Assembly: GCA_963929435.1 (NCBI GenBank)
Contig: CAWVIV010000006.1
Span: forward strand, 2,535 to 66,534
Direction: 5' to 3'
DNA from: an uncultured Bacilli bacterium
Lineage (GTDB): Bacteria; Bacillota_I; Bacilli_A; RF39; UBA660
DNA: 64,000 nt
Shown: positions 19,942 to 28,666 of the stretch, piece by piece
Layout: each line of letters begins with the position of its first letter
How positions within the stretch are numbered: position 1 is the first letter of the stretch
The notes under the pieces: generated by a model
Told to the model about the DNA's origin: nothing
Database searches by the model: none
The model's input: only the letters and a program-made list of their open reading frames with translations
Made by a program: the position numbers and the translations under genes

Positions 19942-20679
19942 CTACTCTCCCATTTGCTTATGATAATACTCATCACATATTTCTTTAACATCACCTATTT
20001 TAACAATTTGTCCATGCTCAAGCCAAACAACCCGATTACATAACTCGCGAATAGACTCTAATGAATGAGAAACATAAAGAACTGTTGTCCCACCTTTTAT
20101 CATTTCTAACATTTTATTTTTACTTTTCTCTTGAAATTTAATATCGCCAACTGATAAAATTTCATCTACAATTAAAATCTCTGGATTAACAATAGTTGCA
20201 ATAGAAAAAGCAAGTTTTGCAACCATACCTGAAGAAAAGTTTCTTATAGGTACATCTAAAAAATCTCTTAATTCTGAAAATTCCACAATCTCATCAAACT
20301 TTTCATCTAAAAAAGCTTTAGAATAGCCTAAAATTGAGCCATTTAAATATATATTTTCTCTTGCTGTAAGTTCAGGATCAAAACCTGCTCCAAGCTCTAT
20401 CATAGGAGAAATAACACCATTAACTGTAACTTTACCTTCTGTAGGCTTCATAACACCACTTACTACTTTTAATAAAGTACTTTTCCCAGCCCCATTACTT
20501 CCGATAAGACCAACTACTTCTCCTTTTTTAACTGAAAACGATACATCTTTTAAAGCCCAGAAATCACTCTTTTGAGGTCTTCTTTTTTTATCAAAAATTG
20601 AAATAAAAGCCTCTTTAATTGAAAAGTTTTTCTCTATTCCCAAATTAAATTTCATTGAAACGTGCTCTAATTTTATCAT
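19942..20679 (-). CDS. wzt: Polysaccharide ABC exporter ATPase without C-terminal carbohydrate-binding module
   Basis: GSNGAGKST, IELGAGFDPELTARENI, FSSGMVAKLAF, DEILSVGD; only 245 aa. Confidence 0.92.
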   Translation of the reverse strand: MIKLEHVSMKFNLGIEKNFSIKEAFISIFDKKRRPQKSDFWALKDVSFSVKKGEVVGLIGSNGAGKSTLLKVVSGVMKPTEGKVTVNGVISPMIELGAGFDPELTARENIYLNGSILGYSKAFLDEKFDEIVEFSELRDFLDVPIRNFSSGMVAKLAFSIATIVNPEILIVDEILSVGDIKFQEKSKNKMLEMIKGGTTVLYVSHSLESIRELCNRVVWLEHGQIVKIGDVKEICDEYYHKQMGE

Positions 20680-20690
20680 ATACAGACCTC

Positions 20691-21503
20691 CTAAATATAG
20701 TAAATAAACTTATCTTGTTTTTTCTTAAAGACAAAGGCTCCAATAAGTAAAGTACCAACTCCGATTAAACCTAAAATTACTAAAGTTGTTATTGAAGGTC
20801 TTGCCCCATACAAGACAATACTTCTAACAGAAGTAATGAATTGATATAAAGGATTAAACTTAAATAAAGTTTGAAGAGAAGCTGGTAATATATCAATACT
20901 ATAAAATACCGGAGTAAAATAATTCCAAATAGTCAAAATTATTCCATAAATATAGAACATATCTCTTAAAAATACAGAAATACAAGATAATAACAAACCT
21001 ATACCAACCGTAAATAAGAAAAAGCATAAGAAAATATAAGGAATTAATAAATAATACCAATTAATAGAAGCAGGATATGTACCTAATCCGAACTGAGTTA
21101 AAATAATCAAAATAAGCCATGGAATCAAAGTTAAGACAAAATTAATTCCTACAAAGATACACTTAGCAACTGGGAAAATATATTTTGGAATATAAACCTT
21201 ATTTATAAGCCCAAAGTTGCCAACAACAGATGTCATTGCATTATTAGTCGCTTCACTAAAATATTGAAACATTACAATACCTGTCATTAAATAAACAAGG
21301 TAATTAATTCCCTCAACACTAAATCTAAACATTTGTGAGAAAACCATTGCCATAACAGTCATCATAAGTACAGGATAAAGTAAACTCCAAACAACACCTA
21401 AAACAGATCTTTTATATTTTACTTTAAAGTCTCTTGTAATTAATTGACTCATAAGAAATTGATACCTTTTAAAATTGCTTAAAATATTTTTTACATTTGT
21501 CAT
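20691..21503 (-). CDS. wzm: Polysaccharide ABC exporter permease
   Basis: RDFKVKYKRSVLGVVWSLLYP, FLRDM, FTPVFY, NPL. Start at ATG 21503 after GAGGTG. Confidence 0.92.
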   Translation of the reverse strand: MTNVKNILSNFKRYQFLMSQLITRDFKVKYKRSVLGVVWSLLYPVLMMTVMAMVFSQMFRFSVEGINYLVYLMTGIVMFQYFSEATNNAMTSVVGNFGLINKVYIPKYIFPVAKCIFVGINFVLTLIPWLILIILTQFGLGTYPASINWYYLLIPYIFLCFFLFTVGIGLLLSCISVFLRDMFYIYGIILTIWNYFTPVFYSIDILPASLQTLFKFNPLYQFITSVRSIVLYGARPSITTLVILGLIGVGTLLIGAFVFKKKQDKFIYYI

Positions 21504-21641
21504 CAAATTACACCTCATAATCATAATAACATATATCATTATTTATTTCAAAACAAAACTGGAAATTCAGTAAAAAAGAGTAAATTTTTTTCGCAATAAA
21601 TTTGATATAATTACTACATAATAAAAAGGTGGTATGTAGTA

Positions 21642-22927
21642 ATGAACAGAAAGCAAAGAAGAGAATTAAGAAAAAATAAAGATTTGATAAAGGAATTATA
21701 TTCTATTATTAATAAATATCTTCCTGATTTATTAAATATGTTTAGTAATTTAACTGATGGTAGAAATGAAAGTTATATAACATATGAAATGAAAACAATA
21801 TGTGTTACTCGTCTTTTTAGTCTTCTTTGTGATCTTACTACGATGACTGACATTTCTTCTGATACTTTTAATACTGATAATTGTATTAAAAATTTATCTA
21901 AAATCTGTGGGCAAGATTTAGAAGAACTTCCTTACTGAGAAACTATTCAAGATGTATTTATTAATATAGATACTAATGAGTTAAGAAATATTCAAAAATA
22001 TATTGTCAAAGCTTTAATACGTTCTAAAATGTTTGATAAATTTCGATATAACGGTGCATTTCAACTAGTATTTGATGGTACTGGTCTATCTAGTCATGAT
22101 TATAATCTTAATAACAACTGCCTGATTAGAAAACATAAAGACGGGAAAATCTCTTATTACAAGTATGTTTTAGAATATAAATTAGTTGTTGGTAATATTA
22201 TTATCAGTTTAGATTCAGAATTTATTGAAAATGAAAAAATGATTACAGAAAAACAAAAGTAAGATTGTGAAATTAAAGCTTTTAAAAGAATGATTAAACG
22301 TGTTAAAAAGAATTATCCAAAATATAAATTCATTATTACCGGAAATGCCTTATATGCTGTAGAAACAATTATAGAAATTTGTGAAAAAAATAAGTGGAAT
22401 TATATTTTTAATTTAAAACCTGATAGATTGAAAGAAATTAATAGTACTTTTGAAGAAATATACAATTCAACAATGAAGTTAAGCATAAATACTATTATCT
22501 TTCTACTAATATCAATTATAGAAATCACATACTTAGTGCGTTTAAATATATAGAATCTAAAAATAAAAAAACAACTATTTTTCGTTATATTAGTAATATG
22601 GATATTAATGATAATAGTATTAAAGAAATAGTATCTCTTGGAAGAAAAAGATGGAAAATAGAAAATGAAGGTTTCTATAACCAAAAGCATAGAACTTTCA
22701 ACATTTCTCATTTAAACAGTAGAAATGACAATGCTATGAAAGTTCATTATTTCTTTATCCAATTTGCCCATACTATAAGACAATTATTAGAACAAGGAAA
22801 TCTATTGACTAAATCATTAAAACTTAAAATAAAAGAAGTAAGTCGTTTCCTTCTATACGCACTTACTTCCACAATCTCAGATCTTAATAATTTAGAAACT
22901 AACTTTCAATTAAGATTTGATGATTAA
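21642..22927 (+). pseudogene. Decayed DDE transposase (IS family not assignable)
   Basis: One frame runs through in-frame TGA (21936) and TAA (22260), followed by a frameshift near 22460. Motifs FDGTG, KQDCEIKAFKR, ITG[N]ALYA (Asp replaced by Asn), RWKIENEGFYNQK. Confidence 0.8.
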
Positions 22928-23029
22928 ATTATACACTATTTGTTCTTTGAAATCACTACTTTTTATATATTTTTTTACACTTTACATGGTGTCTTTTTGT
23001 CGTGATTTAAAATATAATATGCTAGGCAC

Positions 23030-23615
23030 TGGCGGATAATATCCATTGACTTTCAGTCACATAAATCCTTTGAGGACTAGCCTTTGTAAATAAAAAGTAA
23101 TAAGATAAAACAGAGGTGAGAAAGATGCAAAAAGGGGCCCACACACAGTATGATGTGCAAATACATGTAGTATGGATAACAAAATATAGAAAGAAAATAT
23201 TAACATACAAAATTGCGTATAGATTAAAAGAGCTACTAATGCAAGGTTGTTCGGCAAAAGGAATAACAATAATAAGGGGTAATATACAACCAGAACATGT
23301 GCATTTGTTGTTAAGTATTCCACCAACCTTGTCAATAGCACAGGTAATGCAATATCTAAAAGGAAGAAGCTCTAAAAAGTTACAAGAGGAATTTTCAAAA
23401 TTAAGGAAGCAATTTGGGGGACAACATATGTAGGCGCCAGGATATTTTTGTAAAAGTGTAGAGCAAGTAACTAGACAAACTATAGAAGAATATATTGAAA
23501 ATCAAAAGGATGGAATAGAAGACATATTTGTAAATGATGACAATAGCATGCTTTAGCATAGAAAGAGTTCCAGTCCTTACATCAACCACTGTACTTTCAG
23601 TGCAGGGTGGTTGAT
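23030..23615 (+). mobile_element. tnpA: Decayed IS200/IS605-family element, tnpA only
   Basis: Y1 transposase 23125-23556 (HVVWITKYRK, HUH motif EHVHLL, KGRSS) with premature TAG at 23431. 3' subterminal hairpin TCAACCAC-TGTACT-TTC-AGTGCA-GG-GTGGTTGA at 23582-23614. Confidence 0.85.
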
Positions 23616-23750
23616 ATGTTTGGAAAGAAAAAAATAGATAAAATCAATTCTTATTAATTTTTCTATCTATTTTTTATTAATTATTTTTACTCTTTTTTTA
23701 CTGTGGAAATTAGTCATTTTATTTAATGTCCAGTAAATTATCTTTTTTTA

Positions 23751-26294
23751 CTAAAACCAAACGCTTACATCAACATTACCTTCAATACCTGGAATCCTCT
23801 CTGTTGATGAATATTGCCACCCAACATAATTACCACCATAATAACAATAATGATTATATTGTGCAATCCAAGCAATTAAACTTTTTAAATAATCAGAATT
23901 TAATACAGTTTCAGCATAGCTTGTATAGGTATAAATTTTAGCAAGCGAACCATAACCACTACTATTCATAACTTCCATAAATCCTCTTGTAACCTCTTCA
24001 TACTCATAAGTACCCATATAACTTGTAATATTATTGCTCTCTAAATCAAGATAAATGCCTAAAGTAGGATTCATATTATATTTTCTTATCATCTCTAATG
24101 TAAAATTAGCATATAGCCTACCTTCATCTTTATTTTCAGCATAACTATATATATAAATACCATAAGGTATACCAAGGCGTTGTAATTCTGCTATATTTCT
24201 AGCGAGCATAGCATCTTCTTCTTCACAACCAGCTGCTATTCTTAAAATTACGCCATCTACTCCACCTTGACTTATAACAGTATTCCAATCAATAAACCCC
24301 TGGTAAGCAGAAACATCGATTACTTTCTTTACATTTTCTCCAATCATAACCCCAAGAGAATTAAAGAAATACTTCTTACCAGTAATAGTCACCCAATCAT
24401 TAGCATAAGTACCATCAGGATAATAATATCTAACATTACCATCAGTATCGGTAACAAAGCCATCACGTAACTTACCATCTGTATTAAAGACATAATTAAC
24501 ATCATCTATTGTCTTTTCGCCAACTGTCATCTCACCAGTACTAGGATCAAAATAATACATATAACCATCAATTAAAACCCAACTAGTACGCATTGCACCA
24601 TTTACACGACTAAAGAATCTAGTTATACCTTCAACTACTTGAAAACCTGTTTGCATTACCCCTTCATCATTAAAATAATAATAAACTCCGTCTATAGGAA
24701 AAAAACCAGTTCGCATTTCATGATTATTAATACGGCTAAAGAAATAAGTATTACCATCAATTACTTGAAAGCCAAAATCCTGTAATCCTAACTCATCAAA
24801 ATAATACTTAAGGCCTTCTATTTCAACGATACCAAGTTGCATTTTACCAGTTTCATCAAAATATCTAATACCTCCAATCATTTCTTGCCAACCAGTTTGC
24901 ATTATTCCTTCGTCATTAAAATAATAATAAATACCATCTATAGCAAAAAGACCTGTTCTTAATTTGCCATCTAATCTACCAAAGAAATAAGTATTTCCAT
25001 CAATTACTTGAAAGCCTATTTGCATTGCTCCTTCGTCATTAAAATAATAAGTATCATCATCTATAACAAGCACTCCTGTCTGAGCCACACCAGTTTTCTC
25101 ATCAAGATAATAGGTATTCATACCATCTGTTTGAAAGCCTGTTTGCATTATTCCATCTTCGTTAAAAAAGTAATAACTACCATCTATATTAATATAGCCA
25201 ACTGCCATACCACCGTTATCATCAAAATACATAGTGTTACCATCTAACTTTTTCCATCCTGTTTGCATTATTCCTTCATCATTAAAATAATAATAAATGC
25301 CATCAATTGCAAATATTCCTATTCTCATTTCATTATTATTAGTACGTCCAAAAAAATAAGTATTTCCATCTATTTCTCTAAAACCACTTGCTCTTTTACC
25401 ATCTGCATCAAAATAATAAGTATAACCATCTTCTTCATACCATCCTGTCTGCATAACCCCAGTTTCATCAAAATAATACTCTGAACCATCAATTGCAAAT
25501 ATTCCTGTTCTCATTTCATTATTATTAGTACGTCCAAAGAAATAAGTCTTTCCATCTATTTCCCTAAAGCCACTCGCTCTTTTACCATCTGCATCAAAAT
25601 AATAAGTATAGCCATCTTCTTCATACCATCCTGGTTGCGCAGCACCATCAGAACCAAATCTATACATAACATCATCAATCTTAAACATGCCTGTACGCAT
25701 TTCATTATTATTTATACGACTAAAGAAATAAGTATTACCACCTATCTCCCTAAAGCCACTTGCTCTTTTACCATCTGCATCAAAATAATAAGTATAACCA
25801 CCTTCTTTATACCATCCTGTTTGCATAACCCCAGTTTCATCAAAATAATACACTGAACCATCAATTGTAAATATTCCTGTTCTCATTTCATTATTATTAG
25901 TACGTCCAAAGAAATAAGTATTTCCATCTATCTCTCTAAAACCACTCGCTCTTTTACCATCTGCATCAAAATAATAAGTATAACCATCGTCTTCATACCA
26001 TCCTGTTTGCATAACCCCATTAGAATCAAAATAATATACTGAACCATCAATTGCAAATATTCCTGTTCTCATTTCATTATTATTAGTACGCCCAAAAAAA
26101 TAGGTATTACCATCTATTACTTGAAAACCTGTCTGTTTAACACCATTAACATAATAGTATGTATAGCCGCCTTCAGTAACTAAACCATTTAATGCATTAT
26201 ATGTACTTTCTTCATTATTTATTTCATCTGCATTAACTGTTAATGGACATATAATAAGCAATGCAACTATAAATACAAATATTTTTCTATTCAT
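23751..26294 (-). CDS. Secreted cell-wall-binding-repeat protein with C-terminal GH25 muramidase domain
   Basis: Signal peptide, about 30 YYF..G.MQTG repeats, and a C-terminal domain with IDVSAYQG, GVILR, YLDLES, WIAQY, WQYSS, VDVS. Confidence 0.9.
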   Translation of the reverse strand: MNRKIFVFIVALLIICPLTVNADEINNEESTYNALNGLVTEGGYTYYYVNGVKQTGFQVIDGNTYFFGRTNNNEMRTGIFAIDGSVYYFDSNGVMQTGWYEDDGYTYYFDADGKRASGFREIDGNTYFFGRTNNNEMRTGIFTIDGSVYYFDETGVMQTGWYKEGGYTYYFDADGKRASGFREIGGNTYFFSRINNNEMRTGMFKIDDVMYRFGSDGAAQPGWYEEDGYTYYFDADGKRASGFREIDGKTYFFGRTNNNEMRTGIFAIDGSEYYFDETGVMQTGWYEEDGYTYYFDADGKRASGFREIDGNTYFFGRTNNNEMRIGIFAIDGIYYYFNDEGIMQTGWKKLDGNTMYFDDNGGMAVGYINIDGSYYFFNEDGIMQTGFQTDGMNTYYLDEKTGVAQTGVLVIDDDTYYFNDEGAMQIGFQVIDGNTYFFGRLDGKLRTGLFAIDGIYYYFNDEGIMQTGWQEMIGGIRYFDETGKMQLGIVEIEGLKYYFDELGLQDFGFQVIDGNTYFFSRINNHEMRTGFFPIDGVYYYFNDEGVMQTGFQVVEGITRFFSRVNGAMRTSWVLIDGYMYYFDPSTGEMTVGEKTIDDVNYVFNTDGKLRDGFVTDTDGNVRYYYPDGTYANDWVTITGKKYFFNSLGVMIGENVKKVIDVSAYQGFIDWNTVISQGGVDGVILRIAAGCEEEDAMLARNIAELQRLGIPYGIYIYSYAENKDEGRLYANFTLEMIRKYNMNPTLGIYLDLESNNITSYMGTYEYEEVTRGFMEVMNSSGYGSLAKIYTYTSYAETVLNSDYLKSLIAWIAQYNHYCYYGGNYVGWQYSSTERIPGIEGNVDVSVWF
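25263..26130 (-). repeat. Intragenic tandem repeat, 186-bp (62-aa) period, about 4.5 near-identical copies
   Basis: The marker AAATATTCCT recurs at 25311, 25497, 25869 and 26055 (multiples of 186), with a diverged copy in between. Confidence 0.85.
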
Positions 26295-26296
26295 CT

Positions 26297-27242
26297 CTAC
26301 TTCCTCCTATATAAATCACAGTATAATTTACTTAATGTCTTACTCTTTTCTATAAATGATTTTAACACACTTCTTTCTTTAAAGTAAATATTACTCTTAT
26401 AATTAGAAATATTTTTTTCAAAATAAGAAAATGTCTTATCTATAAATTCATTTCTAATATTTTTATCTTTTATATATCTTTGTTGTATATTATAATTAAC
26501 TAATATTTTAATAGTTAAAGTATCAACAACTTCCCTACTCCAATCATCATCTTTAAAAAAGTTTCTAATAATATCAACTATCTTTATGATATCAAAAACT
26601 TTTTTATCTCTAAGAGTAGTCTCACTACTCTCATGAATAGTATAATTAATTAAAGGTTTATCTACTTTACCTATTTTTTTAGACTTTAAAAGTGCTAATG
26701 CTACAAAAGGAGCATCCTCATACTTTAAATCTTCTATAAATTTAATATTATTATTTTTAAGTAAATCACTTCTATAAATCTTATTCCAAGGAGCAAGATT
26801 TATATTTAATAATAAATTAGGATTATCTTTTAATTTAGTATTTTTAAAACTAATAATTTTTTCTACTTCTTTAGAATTACTATATACTCTATAAAAATCA
26901 CATACAACAACATCCAACTTTTCTTTTTCTATCTTTTTTATATAATACTTCACAAGCATTCTCTTCTAAATAATCATCACTATCTAAAAACATAATATAT
27001 TTACCGCTAGCATTATTAATACCAAAGTTCCTTGTCTTACCAATACCATGATTACTTCTTTTATAGTATTTAATTCTATCATCACTATAACTCTTAATAA
27101 TAGATTCACTATCATCAGTAGAACCATCATTAATAAGAATAAATTCTAACTCTTTTTTAGTTTGATTAACTAAAGAATCTAAACACTTCTTTAAATATTT
27201 ACTAGCATTATAAATTGGTACTATTATACTTATATCAACCAT
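26297..27242 (-). pseudogene. GT2 glycosyltransferase split by a +1 frameshift in an A6 run
   Basis: N-terminal IIVPIYN, INDGSTD, FLDSDD, continued in another frame (APWNKIYR, YED). Removing one T of 26934-26939 gives a 315-codon ORF. Confidence 0.85.
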
Positions 27243-27255
27243 AACTACCTCCAAA

Positions 27256-27744
27256 TCATTTCTTCTCATAAACATATTTATTACCATACTGATAATAATC
27301 TATCGCATCCATAATTCTCTCATTATCAGGGTTTTCTTTTAAAATAGTTTCTATCTCATCACTCATAAGCTTATACCCCATAATAAACCGTTCTACCCTA
27401 AGAGGATTAGCATTTTTTATATAATTAATTATCTCCTCTCTTGTCAAGACATGTTCAATATAAATATGGTCTGTTACATACAAATCATAATAACCATAAT
27501 AATCATCATATGATTCTAATACATCACCTAAAGCCATTACTTTAGCTATTTCAATTTCTTCTTCAAAACCATTATAATATCTTAAACAGTCCTCTAACCT
27601 TTCTGCAAAGTGAAAACCATAACCATAAATACCATATTTCAACTCTTGTTCTCTAGTATCAACTTTATAATCTTTATGTTCTTCAAATTTCATTCCATAA
27701 GCATTAACAAGTCCTTTACTAAAACCTTTATACCCTTCTATCAT
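27256..27744 (-). CDS. Hypothetical protein with a YKGF...GFHF domain typical of phage proteins (DUF7666-like)
   Basis: GYKGFS, GFHFAERLEDCLRYY, EIAKVMALGDV, IYIEHVLTREEI. Family recognised from memory only. Confidence 0.5.
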   Translation of the reverse strand: MIEGYKGFSKGLVNAYGMKFEEHKDYKVDTREQELKYGIYGYGFHFAERLEDCLRYYNGFEEEIEIAKVMALGDVLESYDDYYGYYDLYVTDHIYIEHVLTREEIINYIKNANPLRVERFIMGYKLMSDEIETILKENPDNERIMDAIDYYQYGNKYVYEKK

Positions 27745-28664
27745 TAGAATCTCCTATAATATAGTCTAGGACTAATTTTAACTAAAGTATTTTTTATTTT
27801 TCTAACTATACTATCACTTAGCAAATTATCAAAGACTTTATCTTTCTTTAATTTAGTTAAAGCCTCTTTATAATCTTTTCCCTTTAACTCCGTTATCTTT
27901 AAAATCAAACTATTACTAATAAAGCTCATAAAATAAGTTTTATCTAATTTAGTTTTATTTATCTCTTTAGTTAAATATAAATAATGATTATAAAAGTCCT
28001 TAACTTTCTTTTTAGTCTTATCATAATCACTATCATTCATAATACTACCACTTCTCTGATAATAACAATATCCTACATAACTAATACTATTAACTACTCT
28101 AGATTTAATAATAACTAAAGGCATTAATCCAAAGTCTTCATGATATGTCCCTTTCTTAAAAGAAAACTTTTCTTTTAAATAAAACTCTCTTTTAATCGCA
28201 TAAGACCAAGCATTTTCTACAAAGTGATATTTAGTAATTAATTTAAAGGCTTCTACACCATCTTTATTCTCAAAAGGAATCTCTTCATAGTTAACATCAT
28301 CTTTATCATCAAATACTTCTTTTATCTGATATCTTACTAAATCAGGATTATTAGATAATGATTTATCTATTTCTTTTAATAAATCCTTTTCTATATAATC
28401 ATCGCTATCTAGAAATATTAGATAATCTCCACTAGATGCCTTAACCCCATTATTACGAGCTACACTTAGTCCCTGATTTTCTTGATTTATAACTTTAAAA
28501 GGGTATTTACTAATAATAGAACTACTCTTATCAGTAGAACCATCATTAACAATAATAACTTCATAATCTTTAAAACTCTGACTCTTTATACTATCTAAAC
28601 ATCTTTTAAGATATTTTTCTGTATTATAAACAGGAACAATAATACTAAACTTAGGCTTTTTCAT
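27744..28664 (-). CDS. GT2 glycosyltransferase
   Basis: IIVPVYN, VNDGSTD, NQGLSVARNNG, FLDSDD, HEDF, YYQRSGS. Confidence 0.92.
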   Translation of the reverse strand: MKKPKFSIIVPVYNTEKYLKRCLDSIKSQSFKDYEVIIVNDGSTDKSSSIISKYPFKVINQENQGLSVARNNGVKASSGDYLIFLDSDDYIEKDLLKEIDKSLSNNPDLVRYQIKEVFDDKDDVNYEEIPFENKDGVEAFKLITKYHFVENAWSYAIKREFYLKEKFSFKKGTYHEDFGLMPLVIIKSRVVNSISYVGYCYYQRSGSIMNDSDYDKTKKKVKDFYNHYLYLTKEINKTKLDKTYFMSFISNSLILKITELKGKDYKEALTKLKKDKVFDNLLSDSIVRKIKNTLVKISPRLYYRRF

Positions 28665-28666
28665 AA

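Noticed and set aside
19942-20679. Terminal-cap-dependent export (pyruvate as chain terminator read by Wzt)
   Set aside because: Wzt is 245 aa and lacks the C-terminal carbohydrate-binding module that reads caps.
21936-21938. In-frame TGA in the transposase (and at ~58560) as evidence for Mollicute-style TGA=Trp recoding
   Set aside because: Long genes are intact under code 11, TGA serves as the real stop of the pilin gene, and the same transposase also has an in-frame TAA and a frameshift.
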